DNA of 64,000 nt from Mobula birostris (GCF_030028105.1 NC_092379.1:28265821-28329820), one strand, 5' to 3'. Shown: positions 50,299 through 63,687, counted from the stretch's first letter. Numbers and translations: made by a program. The notes: generated by a model not told the origin, from the letters alone.

Positions 50299-50814
50299 TA
50301 TCAATAATAATACGATATAACCACTAACATCTCACTAAATCTGTCTTCCACTCAACTAACTGTAAAGCTGCGGACTCTTGCACTGTCTTTTGCCGTAGTG
50401 GATGTCAACTTCATTTTATCCGAAACAGACTTCCAGATTTTACAAACCCCTGGACACAAGCGACAAGATTGACATCGAATGTGAATAGAAGGGAAAGAAG
50501 GGTTGTCTGTTTTACGCCGTTGTTCAAGCACACTCAATTTGAAACCGCTTGGCGGCAGACTTCCTCTCATCCATACTTTCTGTGGAATAAAAGTAGCCAT
50601 GAGGAATTGGTGCATCCAAAGGCTGAATGTGCCATCACACTCTTCCAAGAATGAGGGAGAGTTTGTCAGCTCGTCCCGCGTACATGCCGTCAAGATCAGA
50701 GCATAGACTGATTTCAGTCACAAAATATAAGAACTGAAACATACTTGAAAACTCGGAGCACACGTTACAACATCAAGAAAGAACAAATAACCATTTTTCT
50801 TTCTCTCTCTCTCT

Positions 50815-51002
50815 GAAGAAAAGTGTCTGTTTCAAGGCAAATGATTCAGACTGATCAATTTATAGGCCATCTCCGTCACACAGGTTGAACAATAGGAAGT
50901 CTTGGGCGGGGCTTCCTCACTCGGTTCAAAGACACGAAACAGAATCAAAACCAACAGCTGTCCCTCAATAACCTGCTGTTAACAGTTTACTGTCCATCTT
51001 TG
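50815..51002 (+). promoter_or_regulatory. Candidate promoter of NAR-TCR V, cassette B
   Basis: Identical over 188 bp to 15546-15733. Confidence 0.6.
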
Positions 51003-51076
51003 AAGTACATTCTACCATAACTCTGCAGGCCGTGGGCTTCATCTCCTCGACACTTCAGCAATATTCCTGGTTGACG

Positions 51077-51119
51077 ATGGGAGTCTCCCTTGTTTTCACA
51101 CTCTGGCTCTGCTTACGGA
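51077..51119 (+). CDS. NTCRV: Leader exon of NAR-TCR V, cassette B (MGVSLVFTLWLCLR+1 nt)
   Basis: ATG, phase-1 donor GTGAGT at 51120, acceptor TTCCTAG ending at 51257. Confidence 0.9.
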
Positions 51120-51257
51120 GTGAGTACCTTTCACACATCCACATTACATTTACTTTAAATCTGTCTGAGCCCTCTGAGATTCAACCAGCTTAGATTATTC
51201 GTGCGGTTCGTCTGTGACTGCAACTCACATTTCTCCGTTTTTTTGTTGTATTCCTAG

Positions 51258-51551
51258 GTTCAATGAGTCAGTCGGTGACTCAGAGCCCGTCCATTGTAAA
51301 CTCGAATGAGTGTCAGACTGCCACTATCACCTGCAGTTTCAAGCCTGGTTCTACTGGTGAATATCGCTTTCTCACTGGAAAATTCTTCAGGCAGAGCAAC
51401 TCAGCGGCCGAACGGAAAGAAGTCACCCGCGGGGGCAGATTTGTTACTTTGATTAAGAAAACTGATAAGCAGTTTTCGTTGGAAATTCGGGACCTGCGAG
51501 TGGAAGACAGCGGCACCTATTATTGTCAGGCTGTGTACAGATGGCGTGAAG
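51258..51551 (+). CDS. NTCRV: IgNAR-like V exon (NAR-TCR V), cassette B
   Basis: SMSQSVTQSPS...NECQTATITCSFKPGSTGEYRFLTGKFFRQ...DLRVEDSGTYYCQAVYRWRE; open frame; one extra CDR1 codon vs A. Confidence 0.92.
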
Positions 51552-51589
51552 CACAATGATGGGCTTCGGCGTCGCGCTGTACAAAAACT
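51552..51589 (+). other. V RSS (22-bp spacer)
   Basis: CACAATG + 22 nt + ACAAAAACT. Confidence 0.92.
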
Positions 51590-51913
51590 TTCGCTGTAGC
51601 ATATTCCTGAATCAGACGGAGCACAATGGATCTGCGGGTAAGCTCATCTTCCTGTCTCGCTGTGGATCCGTCCTGCAGTCTAGCTAACCGTCAGTTTTTT
51701 TTTCGAATCGTTTACAGTCTTTATGTTCCCATATCGCGTGTGCGCAGATGTTGTTGCCTACCTGAGGTGTGTGTCAATAAATGTCGACAGCGAATTTAAA
51801 AAAACACATTCTTGTCGCCAACGAGAGACACAATCGTTCCTGAGCAATTGGAACCAGAAAACGCCAGCGCTGCGAATTTAATTCCTGCTCGACTCTTTCA
51901 TTCATTCGGCAGC

Positions 51914-51985
51914 AGATTTCAAATTCACGTAAGGTACTGTGCATATTTCGGAACGAACACAGTGGCAGAGATCTGAACAAAAATA
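51914..51985 (+). CDS. NTCRD: D segment (CATATTTCGGAACGAA, 51942-51957) with 12/12 RSSs, cassette B
   Basis: AGATTTCAA-12-TACTGTG and CACAGTG-12-ACAAAAATA; open in three frames (HISER, IFRNE, YFGT). Confidence 0.88.
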
Positions 51986-52334
51986 GAAAATAATAAATAT
52001 ATAAATAACTCATTGTTTAAACAAGTTGTTCTCCATATCCCATACAAAAAAAATGCTAACCTGGCGTTGTTCACCTTCTAATCTGTTTAGTTTATTTTAA
52101 ATTTCCATATTGCATATGTATTTTGATTGACACGTATGCTATGTGTTTTTTTTTCTTTTCGGTATCGGTGTGTGGTGCGTGTACCTATTTTATTTTAACT
52201 TGGTCTTGCTTTCTCACAACGAACATATCGACCTGCCGGCAAATGGGGAATATTCTTGCTCGGTGTTGCATTAACAACCCTCGAAACATTGGGAAGCCTA
52301 TTGTAGCGTTTCCTAAGCAGATTCACGTGAGTGT

Positions 52335-52431
52335 AGTTGTTGTATAGTGGAGACTGAGAACAGGATCATTGTGTATGAATGGGAGACTCATACTCTAGAT
52401 GGAAAAGGGACAACGGTCACGGTCAGACCCG
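52335..52431 (+). CDS. NTCRJ: J segment (52374-52431, YEWETHTLDGKGTTVTVRP) with 23-RSS, cassette B
   Basis: AGTTGTTGT-23-CATTGTG; donor GTAAGT at 52432. Confidence 0.9.
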
Positions 52432-53448
52432 GTAAGTATCCAGAGACATCGACCATTCTTCAAATATCTCACCCATTTTCACTATCGTTTGATAGATGAT
52501 CGATTGATTTAAAATCTTGTGTTGTGATTCTGTAAACTGAATCTACACTCACCGTGTAGAAAGGCAAGGTGGTAAACTGAATTAACAGAGGGAGATGAAG
52601 AGGGAAATTTCTGCAATGTGTAAGGATGAAATGCTCACAGAATGAGTCCAACCGACCGCTGTCAGACTGTGGGAAATATTGTTAGCAGCTTAAGGCATAA
52701 CCCGCAAGCAGAATATATATATATATATGTATATGAATATGTCACAGAGATACAAGAAAGAATGAATCTTGTTTTCTCCGATTTATTCTCAAGCAGTACA
52801 GTGAATTGCATAACCATCTGATGAAAAATTAAGAAAAGAGAAAGGAGCAAAACCTTTATATCGCCGCGTGCTAAACTCCAATTGAAAATAAATCTTCGCC
52901 TTCAGCTGCTTAGAAAATTATCTGACCAATCTGTCCCGTTCAGTCTCATTACTGTGAAGAACATGTTACAGTGGAAGAGGCTGGAAGTTATGGGCGATAT
53001 GGTATTTAAAAAAAAGAAGCAATTCTGGATGGAGAATCTATCTTTTCGAAAAATAAAACAGGCAAATCCATCATTATTCCAAATGAAACTGACCTTTAAA
53101 ATAAACACCACACAACTGATAAAAAGGAGTTCGGCCCACTTTATGTTTGTAGGTTCTCTGCAACTGTTCCATGAAATTAGTTCTTCCTTCTAAATAGATG
53201 TCCAAAATATGAAACATATTTTGATAATAGCAAGATGTCCGTAATTTAACATGAGTCCCTGATTTTATTTCACTGCAGCAAGTCAGATAATAAGTGTCAA
53301 CGACAATAAATATTGTTTACTCACATATCAAACGAAACAAGTTTACGTGAAAGAATAATCTCCTTAACGTGTTTGGGACGTTTTTCTTTGTTTTTTTTTC
53401 TGTCAGTTATCGGTAAATCAGCAAAAATCTTCTTTTACATTCATACAG

Positions 53449-53751
53449 AATCCATTTCTCCAGTGTCTCAGACTCCTGAACTGCAAACTACACTTGCCGA
53501 TACTGCCATTATAACCTGTGGATATGACCGGTATTGTCGCAACACATTACACTGGTATCGCCAGCTTCCAGGGCAGGAACCCATATTCCTGCTCCAGGGT
53601 CAAACTTTCGGAGCACAAGATAAGACAAAAAATGCCGGAGAACGAATTACTGGTTTTGTCGATCCTGGTAAGAAAATTAGCCAGCTGACGATCTCCAAAT
53701 TGCAACTGGGTGACGCTGCCGTGTATTACTGTGCAATGAGTCGGTTTGCAG
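53449..53751 (+). CDS. STCRDV: Leaderless supporting TCR-delta V exon, cassette B
   Basis: Acceptor CATACAG; ESISPV...TC GYDRYCRNTLH WYRQ...DAAVYYCAMSRFA; 303 nt as in A. Confidence 0.9.
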
Positions 53752-53790
53752 CACTGTGATGCCGCGCATGGACAGCGCTGTTCAAGAACT
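53752..53790 (+). other. Supporting V RSS (23-bp spacer)
   Basis: CACTGTG + 23 nt + TCAAGAACT, identical to copy A. Confidence 0.88.
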
Positions 53791-53895
53791 AAGGTGATTC
53801 TTGTTACAAGCACACAGTGCTACTAAGCAGCGAGAGAACAATACAAAAAGTTATTTGGTTTTATCATATAAATACGCCACAGCCGAGCACAGAGA

Positions 53896-53964
53896 CAACG
53901 GCAAGAAACCGCAGTGTGGTTGGATTTTTAGTAGAATGATAACAGAGAAAATAAAAGTACCACA
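53896..53964 (+). promoter_or_regulatory. Candidate Myb/RUNX motif cluster, cassette B
   Basis: CAACGG 53896, AACCGCA 53907, TGTGGTT 53915, ACCACA 53959. Confidence 0.35.
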
Positions 53965-54452
53965 ATCAACACCCAGAATATGCTGGGAGAAATCATTATG
54001 TCCTGATAGAAGTTCTTGGTTCGAAACATCATTTCCATGGAAGTGGCCAGATCTACCGAATCCTCAAATTTCTACTTATCGAAGACACACAACTTTCAAG
54101 AATATATTCCTGGATCAAAGAGGCATGATTGCCTTCAGGAAATTCGCATTTTAGATCAGAAGTGCGTAAGGGATAGCAACGGAATTGGGCCAATCAGCCT
54201 ATCGAGTGTGGCCCGCCATTCCATCATTATTGTTTCCGGTTCCCAATACATTCTCCAGTATATCCATGTGGCACATGCAATCTACCAGCCATCTTGAATG
54301 AAGGAACATCGCAAATCCGTTTGCGCCGTGTGATCGTGGGCAGAAAAGTAACGGACATTGAACCGTTACAAATTCCAAACAATAAATGCATACTCTATTG
54401 TTTTGCAATTATACGGCATCACGAACTACAGGTATCATTACGATTCCAGAAA

Positions 54453-54918
54453 CATATAAACATAGAAAACCTACAGCACAATACAGGTCCTTCGGCCCAC
54501 AAAGTTGTGCCGAACATGTCGCTACCTCAGAAATTACTAGGGTTACCTATAGCCTCTATGTTTTCTAATCTCCATGTACCTATACTAAATTCTCTTAAAA
54601 TATCCTATCGTATCCGCATCCATCAGCGTTTCCGGCAGCCCATTCCACACAATCACCATTTTTTGTGTAAAGAAACTCACCCCTGACATCTTCTATATAC
54701 CTACTCCCAAGCACCTCAAACCTGTGCACACTTGCGGCAGCCATTTCAGCACTCGGATAAAGCCTGTGAGAATCCACTCGATCAATGCCTCTCATCATCT
54801 TATACTCCTCTATCAGGTAACTACTCATTTTCCCTCGCTCAAAGGAGAAAACGCCGAGATCACTCAACCTGCTTTCATCAGCCATATCCACGCCCATGCC
54901 CTTATCAGAAAGCAACTT
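54453..54918 (-). mobile_element. CR1 LINE 3' end
   Basis: Minus strand LIEEYKMMRGIDRVDS...RFEVLGSRY and a CATAGAA-type tail. Confidence 0.8.
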
Positions 54919-55466
54919 TAGGTAGACTGAATGTGTCTTCTTAGGTTGTAAAATGCTTTCGCCAGAGAGTATTAACGTGCAGTCGATGCTGATTGAGATG
55001 TGTTCCGTTGCGTTCAGTTTCCTCCGATAGCATGAATCTCATTAAAATGAAACTGCACGCTTTGGCAATTACATGCTCATCCAATTGAACGGATTGCTAT
55101 AATTGGATGTAATCGAGATAACTGGGAGTGGCGCTGAGAAAGAAACATTCGATCATTAGTTATTGTAAAGCAACGTCGTAATTCCTCCCACTCATTAGAG
55201 ATAACCTACGTTTTGTCATTCCTTGACTTTGCTTTAGTTCTGTCTGGAATGAAACCTGTTCGTACTGATATCCCCTAGTAGTGCACTAAAAATGCATTCA
55301 CTTGAAATGCAATTCCTGGCTCTGTATATTGGAAAACAGAATAAAGAATTTACCTCTATTATTTATATGTTTTGATTCATTGCTGGTTCCATGTCTATCT
55401 AAAGAACTGCAAATATATTATCCATTTATATTAATATATAAATATAATACTGTGTTAATATACTTT

Positions 55467-55670
55467 GGGCAGCACAATAGCGTAGTGGTTAATTCGACTG
55501 CATTACCGTTCTGGGAATAACAGTTCGGAGTTCATTCTGCTTCATCTGTATGTAGTCTGTGTATCCTCCACATGGAATGCGTGGATTTTCACTGACTGCT
55601 CTCGTGTCCTCTAACAGCTCAGAGACGAACTCCGGGGATTGGTTAGACATTGTAAGTTGTCCGATGATTA
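55467..55670 (+). mobile_element. Degraded tRNA-derived SINE (V-SINE/HE1-like)
   Basis: GGGCAGCACAATAGCGTAGTGGTTA head followed by a decayed ...GCGTGGATTTTC...GCTCTCGTGTCCTC body. Confidence 0.5.
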
Positions 55671-57570
55671 ACAGTACGGAAACATGCCATCTCGGCCCTT
55701 CTAGTCCGTGCCGTACTGTTACTCTCACCTAGTCCCACCGACCTGTTCTAACCCCATAACTCTCCATTCCTTTCCTGCCAATATAACTGTCCAGTTGAAC
55801 TTTACACCACAACATCGAACTTGCTTCAACCACTTCTGCTGGAAGCTCGTCCCACACAGCTAGCACTCTCGGAGTAAAGAGGTTCCCCCTTAGTTACCCC
55901 AAAACTTTTGTCCGTTAACTCTCAACACATGTCCTCTTGTTTGAATCTCCCCCACTCTCAATAGAAAAATCCTATCCACGTCAACTCTATCCGCCTCATA
56001 ATTTTAAATACCTCTACACCTCAAACTTCGACGTTTCAAAGAATAAAGACCCAACTTCTTCAACCTTTCTCTGTAATATAGGTGATGAAACCCAGGTAAC
56101 ATTCTCGTAAATCTTCCCTGTACTCTCTCGATTTTGTTGACATATTTCATATAATTCGGTGACCAGAACTGTACGCAATACTCCAATTTTTCCCTCTATC
56201 AATGCCTTGTACAATTTCAACATTACTTCCCAACACCGATACTCAATGCTCGGATTTATAAAGGCCAGCATAGGAAAAGCTTTCTTCACCACCCTATCCA
56301 CGTGCGATTGCACCTTCAGGGATCTATGCACCATTATTCCTAGATCCCTCTGCTCTACCTCATTCCTTAATGCCCTACCATTTACCATATGCTTCCTATT
56401 TTGATTAGTCCTACCAAAATGTAGCACCTCACATTTATCAACATTAAACTCATCCGCCATCTTTCAGCCCACTCTTCTAACTGGCCTAAACCTTTTTGGA
56501 AGCTGTGAAACCCTACTTCATTATCCACAAGTCCACCTATCTTTGTATCATCTGCATACTTACTCATCCAATTTACCACCGCATCATCCAGATCATTAAT
56601 GTATATGACAAACAACATTGGAATCAGTACAGATCCCTAAGGCATATCAGTAGTTACTGACCTCCAATCTGACAAACTGTTATCCACCACTACTCTCTGA
56701 CGTCTTCCATCCAGCCACTGTTGAATCGTTTTTACTACTGCAATATTAATATCTAACGATTGAACATACCTAACTAACCTTCCGTGTGGAACCTTGTCAA
56801 CGGCCTTACTTGATTCCATATAGACAACATCCACCGCTTTACACTCGTCAACTTTCCTAGTAAGCTCCTCAAAAAGCTCAATAAGATTTGTCAAACATGA
56901 CCTTCCACGCCCAAATCCTAATAAGACCCTGTCTATCCAGATAATTATATATACCATCTCTAAGAAGACATTCCATCAATTTACCCACTACTGACGTCAA
57001 GCTCACAGGCCGACAATTGCTAGGTTTACTCTTACAAACCCGTTTTAAACAATGGAGCAGCATGAGCAATACGCCAATCCTCCGGCACCATCCCCTTGAC
57101 ATATGGAATACTTCTGTCAGAACCCCTGCTATTTCCACACAAAAAAAAGAAACAAAAAAAAAAAAAAACAACTTCTCTCAAGGTCCGAGGGAATATCTTA
57201 TCAGGACCCGGAAACTTATCCACTTGTATATTCCTTAAGAGCGCCAGCATTTCCTCTTCTTTAATCATCACAGTTACCATAACATCCCTACCTGTTTCCC
57301 TTACCTTACACAATTGAATATCCTTCTCCTCAGTGGATACCGAGGAAAAGAATTTGTTCAGAATCTCCCCCATCTCTTTTGGCTCCACACATAGCTGTCC
57401 ACTCTAATTCTCTAAGGGACCAATTTTATCCCTGACTATCCTTCTGCTATTAATATAACTGTAGAAACCTTTGGGATTTATGTTCAACTTACTTGCCAAA
57501 GCAAAGTCATATATTCTTTTAGCTTTTTTAATTCATTTCTTAAGATTCTTTTTCCATCTTTATATTCCTC
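55670..57570 (-). mobile_element. CR1 LINE ORF2 3' half
   Basis: Minus strand VPEDWRIA, RPVSLTSVVGKL, GRSCLTNLIE, KYADDTKIGG, LEYCVQFWSP. Confidence 0.92.
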
Positions 57571-58394
57571 GATGTGGTTCCGGAAAAAAGTCAGGGTTGT
57601 CAGTGGTTTCTGGGGTTGCGCAGTTCGAAGGGCTGGATTGGGTTATTCTACGCTGCATCCTGAAATAAACAACTAAATACACCTTGCAAGGAATTAAAAC
57701 AACATTTACTAATGAAGACATATGGTACGTAAATAGGTGCATAATCGATTGCCAACCAGACAACAACACTTAATGTGTCTTATTTTCTCTAGAAACACTT
57801 AAATTCCATTTTGAGTTTTTCGCGTCCAAACTGGGAATTTTATTTTAAACTCAATAACAATTTAGAACGTATTTTCGTAAACTGTTTCTTTTTAATAAGG
57901 TGAGTTGAAAGCGTGTGGAAAGCAATTTACAACTTAAATTGTAAATGCCAACTACTCACCAGTCCTTTCGTGGGAAGGAGAGTGGAACATCCTGGGAAAT
58001 AGGTGATATCAGAAGCGAAGTGTTTATATCGATACTCTGCGACTCTACAGCTCACATCAGGAATTACAGGAATCAAAATGCAATGAACTGGTCGAACGCG
58101 TGTACGATCGTTAGCTATGGAAGATATGCTTTCGAATCACAATTACGAGCAAGCCTGCAGTCCGTTCTCACGAAGAAGAATCTTATTCTGGGAGAATTAT
58201 CCCGAAGCCGGCAAAAGCTACTGTGGTGCCGAAGAAAAGGAAATCGGCTACAAGCTGCCAAAATAGATGGTGAGTCTTTAATGAGGAGAGGCCACAGTAG
58301 TTTTGAGAAAAGTTTCACTTGCCAATAGTTTCACAAAAACAGTGAGAGATCAAACCGTATGATACTGGTTAGTCCAACTTTTTTTCTGCAGCTA

Positions 58395-58640
58395 TGACCC
58401 GTATTCAATTCGCACCGTTGCTTGTAAAGAGATTGCACTTTCTCTCCGGTCCACCTGGGATTTATGTCTGATGCTCTGGTTTTCTTCCAACAACCCGAAG
58501 TCTGGTAGGATTTGATAGGCTGATTGGTCGTTCTAAATTATAGCGTGATTAGGTTAGGATTAGATCCGGTGTTTGCCGGGCTGCGTACCTCGATGTGCAG
58601 AAAGGGCAAATTCCTCACTGTGTATCCAAACATAAATAAA
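58395..58640 (+). mobile_element. Highly degraded SINE-like fragment
   Basis: GACCCGTATTCAATT...TGCACTTCTCTCC...GATGCTCTGGTTTTCTTCC resembles a V-SINE body. Confidence 0.35.
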
Positions 58641-60068
58641 TAATCAATCAAGAAAACAAACATAAGTAAATAAATAAGATTCGGTTTTCCCTGCAAATCT
58701 TATAGTCGGTGCGAAGTCGGCATGCATTTGTATTTTTAAGAAATTTATCCAAAGCTAACGAATGATAAATAATTTCAATTCAATGCTTACGCTATCTGTA
58801 TTTTTGCAAAAGCGATGAAACTGTACACAATGCATGCCAGGAGCTCCTTCAAAACTGCATCGATTGGTTAATCCCTCTCGCTGAAAAGATGTAACAAAAG
58901 TTCTCTACAACAACATATACTATTACACGTCCCTTATTTTGCCATATTTAAATTAATTCCTGCCCAGTGTTCACAGTGAAGATCCAGGAGGGTGAGTGTG
59001 GTCATGGTGCAATTCTTGTGTTGCACTCGCGACAGTCCAAGTCATGCATCGTAAATCTGTTAACTGCAGGAAACGGTTGAGTTTGCAACAGGCTTTCGAT
59101 TTCAAATTTCCTTCTTGATCTTACCTTTGTGTACGTCTTGAATGTTGAGCGCCGATTACATAATATGAACAGAGGGATGCAATGAGAATATTGTCTTTTG
59201 AAAGATCATTTTGAAAATTTCAGTAATAAAACGAGAAAGTACCAGATCCACGATATTATTCGGAAGGAATGTGATATTCCAGAGGGTACAGGTAATTAAG
59301 CAGTAAAGCTCGCCTGACTGGAAGTGCGAGTGACCGTCGATTTAAAGATCGCCTTGGAATGTTCCTGAATAGTCTCATCCTCCTAGGATAGTTGAGTATT
59401 TATAGCAGTGGCAGAATGAGACGTAATATCTGCTGAATTGTTTTAAACGTCATTCCTGAGTTATTTGTTTGCTTCTTTGGTTACTTATCCTTTCCTCTTT
59501 ATTTACGGAACTATCAGTCTGTTCGTCCGTGCCATAATTTCTTATTATTTTTTTAAAAAAAATCTTTCTATTTATGAACTTAACATTCGTTTATGTGTTT
59601 ATCTATTTATCTATTTATGTTATTAATTCAGTAAGTGTGTTTCTTATTTGTTAATTAGCTGATAATTATTTATTTATGTATTATTTATTCCAACGAGGAG
59701 GTAGTCCTTCAGTATAAAACCATACCATGTTGACCAAAATTTATAATTCATACACGCTCACTTTTGGGTGTCTGCGGAACAGAAAAGTTCTACTTGGTAG
59801 ATCAAAGCGGCAAGTTGCCTTAACTGTTTACTTAGAATTAACTTGAAGGCATTTTCCAGCTGACCGACGGATTTTTTAAATTAAAAAAAAAGCACAGCAG
59901 CGGAAGAAATGTAAGCTTGCAGTATTTTGATGAAAATTTAAAAAAATCATTCTAAATCAAGGGAAATTATTCAGTTCCAGACTGAGTTCAATTCACCATT
60001 TGATACCTTATTTCATTGGGCCGCTGTCATTTACTGATCCAAATATTTTCCCCGCTTGTTCGTTGTCA

Positions 60069-61905
60069 TAGATTAGATTAGATGTAACTTTATCGTCATT
60101 GTGCCGAGTACAGAAACAAAGCCAATGAAATGCAGTTAGCATCTGACCAGAAATGCAAAGAATAGTGTTACTTAGAAAATAACTGCGCAGAAAAAGAAAG
60201 TGCTACAGCTCACAAATATAGAAGTATTGAGACAGTGCAATATGGGTGCATTACTGCTTAGCGCTGTGATGTGAAGTTCACCGGGGACACAGCCTCAGGG
60301 AAGAAGCTCTTCCTGTGCCTGCCGGTGCGGGAGCGGAGGGTCCTGTAGCGCCTACCGGATGGGAGGAGAGTAAAAAGTCCATGGTTAGGGTGAGATGCTT
60401 CCATGATAATGCCCTGCCCAGGTAGCGATTATGGTAAATATGCTCAACGGTGGGCAAATGGGTGCTGATAATCCGCTGGGCAGTTTTCACCAGACGCAGG
60501 AGTGTTTTGCGGCCCGATACGAGACAATTTCCATACCACACAGAAATGCTGTTGGTGAGTATGCTCTCAATGGTACAGGGGTAAAAGTCCGTCAGTATCC
60601 AGGGCCAGAGTTGAGCTTTCTTGATGCTCCGCAGGAAATAAGGCGCTGTTGCGCCTTTTTGATCAGGGTGGTGGAGTTCAGGGACCAGCTGAGATCCTCG
60701 GAAATGTGGAAACCAAGGAATTTGAAGCTTGAAACACGTTCCACTACAGATCCGATGGGGAGGTGAGTGTGGCTCCTAGCATGCCTGAAGTGCACAATGA
60801 TCTCCTTCGTCTTCTGGGTGTTGAGGGCCAGGATGTTGTCGGCACACTACGCAGCCACGTGCCGGACCTTGTCCCTGTAGGCCGTCTCGGCATCCTCTCT
60901 GATCAGGCAAACAACGTGGCGTCTTCTGCGAACTAGATTATGGAGTTAGGACCATGTACAGGAACGCAGTCATTGGTGAAAAGGGAGTACAGATGAGGGC
61001 TCAGCACATAACCTTGAAGCACGCCAGTGTTCAAGGTGAGAGTGGAGGACGAGAGGTTGTGTAACTTAACTGATTGGGGCCTGTTAATTGGAAAGTCCAA
61101 GGTCCAGTTACAGAGGGATGAGTTGATACGAAGCTGGCGAAGTTTGGCGATCAGCTTGGAGAGGATCACAGTACTGAATGCAGAACTAAAGTCAATGAAC
61201 AGCATTCTGACGTAGGAGTCGTGGCTTTCCAGGTGCGTGAGGACAGAGTGAAATGCTTTGGAGATGGTGTCCTCTGTAGACCTGTTGGTGCGCTAGGCAA
61301 ATTGATGGGAGCCCAGGGTAATGGGCAGACAGGATTTCAGATGTGATATAACCAGTCTGTCAAATAACTTTTCAATGATGAGGGTGAGTGCAACTGGACG
61401 GAAGTCATTCAGGCCCGTGGCAATAGAATGCTTTCGGCACCGGCACGATGGTGACGATCCTAAAGCTTGTAGGGACAACTGCCTGGGCCAGGAACAGATT
61501 AAAATGTCCGTGAAGACTCCGGCCAGCTGCCCTGAACAGACTCTGAGCTCACGGCCAGGTTTTCCATCCGGACCAGTTGCCTTCCCTACGTTCACCCTGC
61601 TCAGTGTGGAGCAAACTTAGAAGCTGGAAAGTGAGAGAGGCAGTTCTCCAGGTGGGAGATCCGCTTTGAAGGTGACCTCCTTCTTTTCTCGGTCAAAGCG
61701 TAGAAGTAATTGAGCTCATCAGGGAGGGAAGTAGAGCTGGAAGGGACTCAGTACTAAGCGGTTTGAAGTCTGTAAAGTCCCGGGGGTCCGAGGACTTGAA
61801 ATGTTCCTCGATTTTCTGTTTATATATGTGTTTAGCCTGAGAGATTCCACTCCTCAGGTTGACCCTTTCTGAGCTGTAAGCCTCCCGGTCTCCAGACCTG
61901 AAGAC
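60069..61905 (-). mobile_element. Rex1/Babar-group LINE ORF2 3' part
   Basis: Minus strand [50 protein letters not shown]; (TCTAA)n tail. Confidence 0.88.
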
Positions 61906-63687
61906 TGATTCTGATGGTAATAGATGATGGAATACTGACAAGCTCTAACTTTATCCACATATTAAACGTGTTTTCCTGCTGTTGAGAGTTCTTGGGATAG
62001 AATACTTCCGCAAAACAGAAAATGAAACAGTCACGAGGCACACTTCAGAAGTTCCTTATTTTTCATTTTCCAGATCTATCTGAATTTATTCCCTTCGTGA
62101 AAAGGATACATACTCTCTGTGTATTAAAGTTGCGCCATCATCATCCATTGGAGTCATTATAGGAGAGAAAGCAACAAATATTTCTGCGAAAACATTCTCA
62201 TAAACCCTACTAATATAAGATTAAGTTCATTTTATTAGCTAATCCACTGTTTATGCTGCAGGGCTCCTTAAGAATTATTTTTCATATTCGGGTGTCCGTT
62301 GCATTGTGGCACTCGCTCTGCATATTACAATGGTTTGTAACAGATTGGAACAGATTATCGGGAATATGATGGAGAGCATGAACTATTCTTCGCACTGCAC
62401 AGATGCTGTCTGAACTTGCAGATGTTTGTTTCAACTTCACTTTCCTTTCTGATACTGAGAACACAGTATGTTGTTTTTGCAAGAGGTTTACATTGAAGTC
62501 TACAGCGCCACTAACTTTGAACGCGTTGTCGTACACATCACCATGCGGTGCCCTTGAACGGGATCCCATTTAGAGATGTACGAAGAATCAAACACATAGA
62601 ATTAATAGAATTCATCATAAAGAATGTCCCTCAGAACATACCATTTGTCACTTTACAGGAACAGATTAACCCCATTCCCTTCGACGTCTGTTCATTTTTG
62701 ACATCATATGCACAGTATAAATATCGGCGTTTTTTCAATAAATGATTTCATATTCAGGTGAAAAAAATTTGCATCAGAGTATGATGATATGTGAAATATT
62801 GTACCTCCAGTCGTGGTTGAGTGCACTTTGCAAGTCCATGTCTTCCAGAGCGTCACAGTTTGAAAACATCATCTGTTTGGGTGCTTCCTGTTAGTCAAAC
62901 AATCGAGGATTGGCTTCTGTAGAATTGATTTGCATTTATCCACTATGCCTCTCTTAATGGGGATTTTCTTTACTTCCGATACAACAATATTTTAAGATAA
63001 TTAAACAAAAGGTTGTATTCTTGCCGATTAAAAACGACACACACAACGGCTCAAGGCCATGTCCTTGCATTCTACTGTTACCAAAATGCTAGACTTGCCC
63101 TTTAATGTCTGCGATTTGAGAGTCGTGAATCAAAACATGTGGAAAACATCCACTGGGAGGGTGCGACATCCTACCCTGCCGAACAGTAGCAGGATACAAG
63201 ATGTCGCTCTGTTTTTATCTGTTTATTTCTGAGTCTCGACTTCAGAAAATAGGTGCGTGACAAATTAATTTTAATTAGGCGGGAAATTTGCTGCTTAATC
63301 TCAACAATCTGAGCAAAGAGATATTGTTTTATATCCTGACATTTCTCTCTGCGGATAACCATCGATTCTTTATATCGATCACCTTGATCATCGGGAGTTT
63401 GCAGCCCAGGTTTACGAAAGAAAAGCACTTCATTATAACACTGTTCACTTTAACGTTTATGAACATCGACCTGCTTCGGTGTCTCTAATTCCGTAAAATA
63501 TTGGAGCAGATTCTTTGTAACAAATTGCATCAGGGTTAATCATCTTTACACTGTGCACAGAAACAACACATCGTAGAACATTTTATGCTGGAGCTTTACT
63601 TCACAACTGTAGAGTAATCTCTCCTTACGTCGTCAGCATTAAAGTTGTAATCTGCATCTCCTAAAAAAAAAAATAATCTTATTGGCG

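Larger units (their letters stand above)
36690..54135 (+). repeat. Segmental duplication, copy B
   Basis: Colinear with 1-18845; offset shrinks from about 36.6 kb to 35.3 kb, largely from the A-only Penelope. Confidence 0.95.

Noticed and set aside
58960-59080. CACAGTG at 58972 and an FR1-like TVKIQEGE
   Set aside because: No nonamer at valid spacing; a V reading needs several assumed frameshifts
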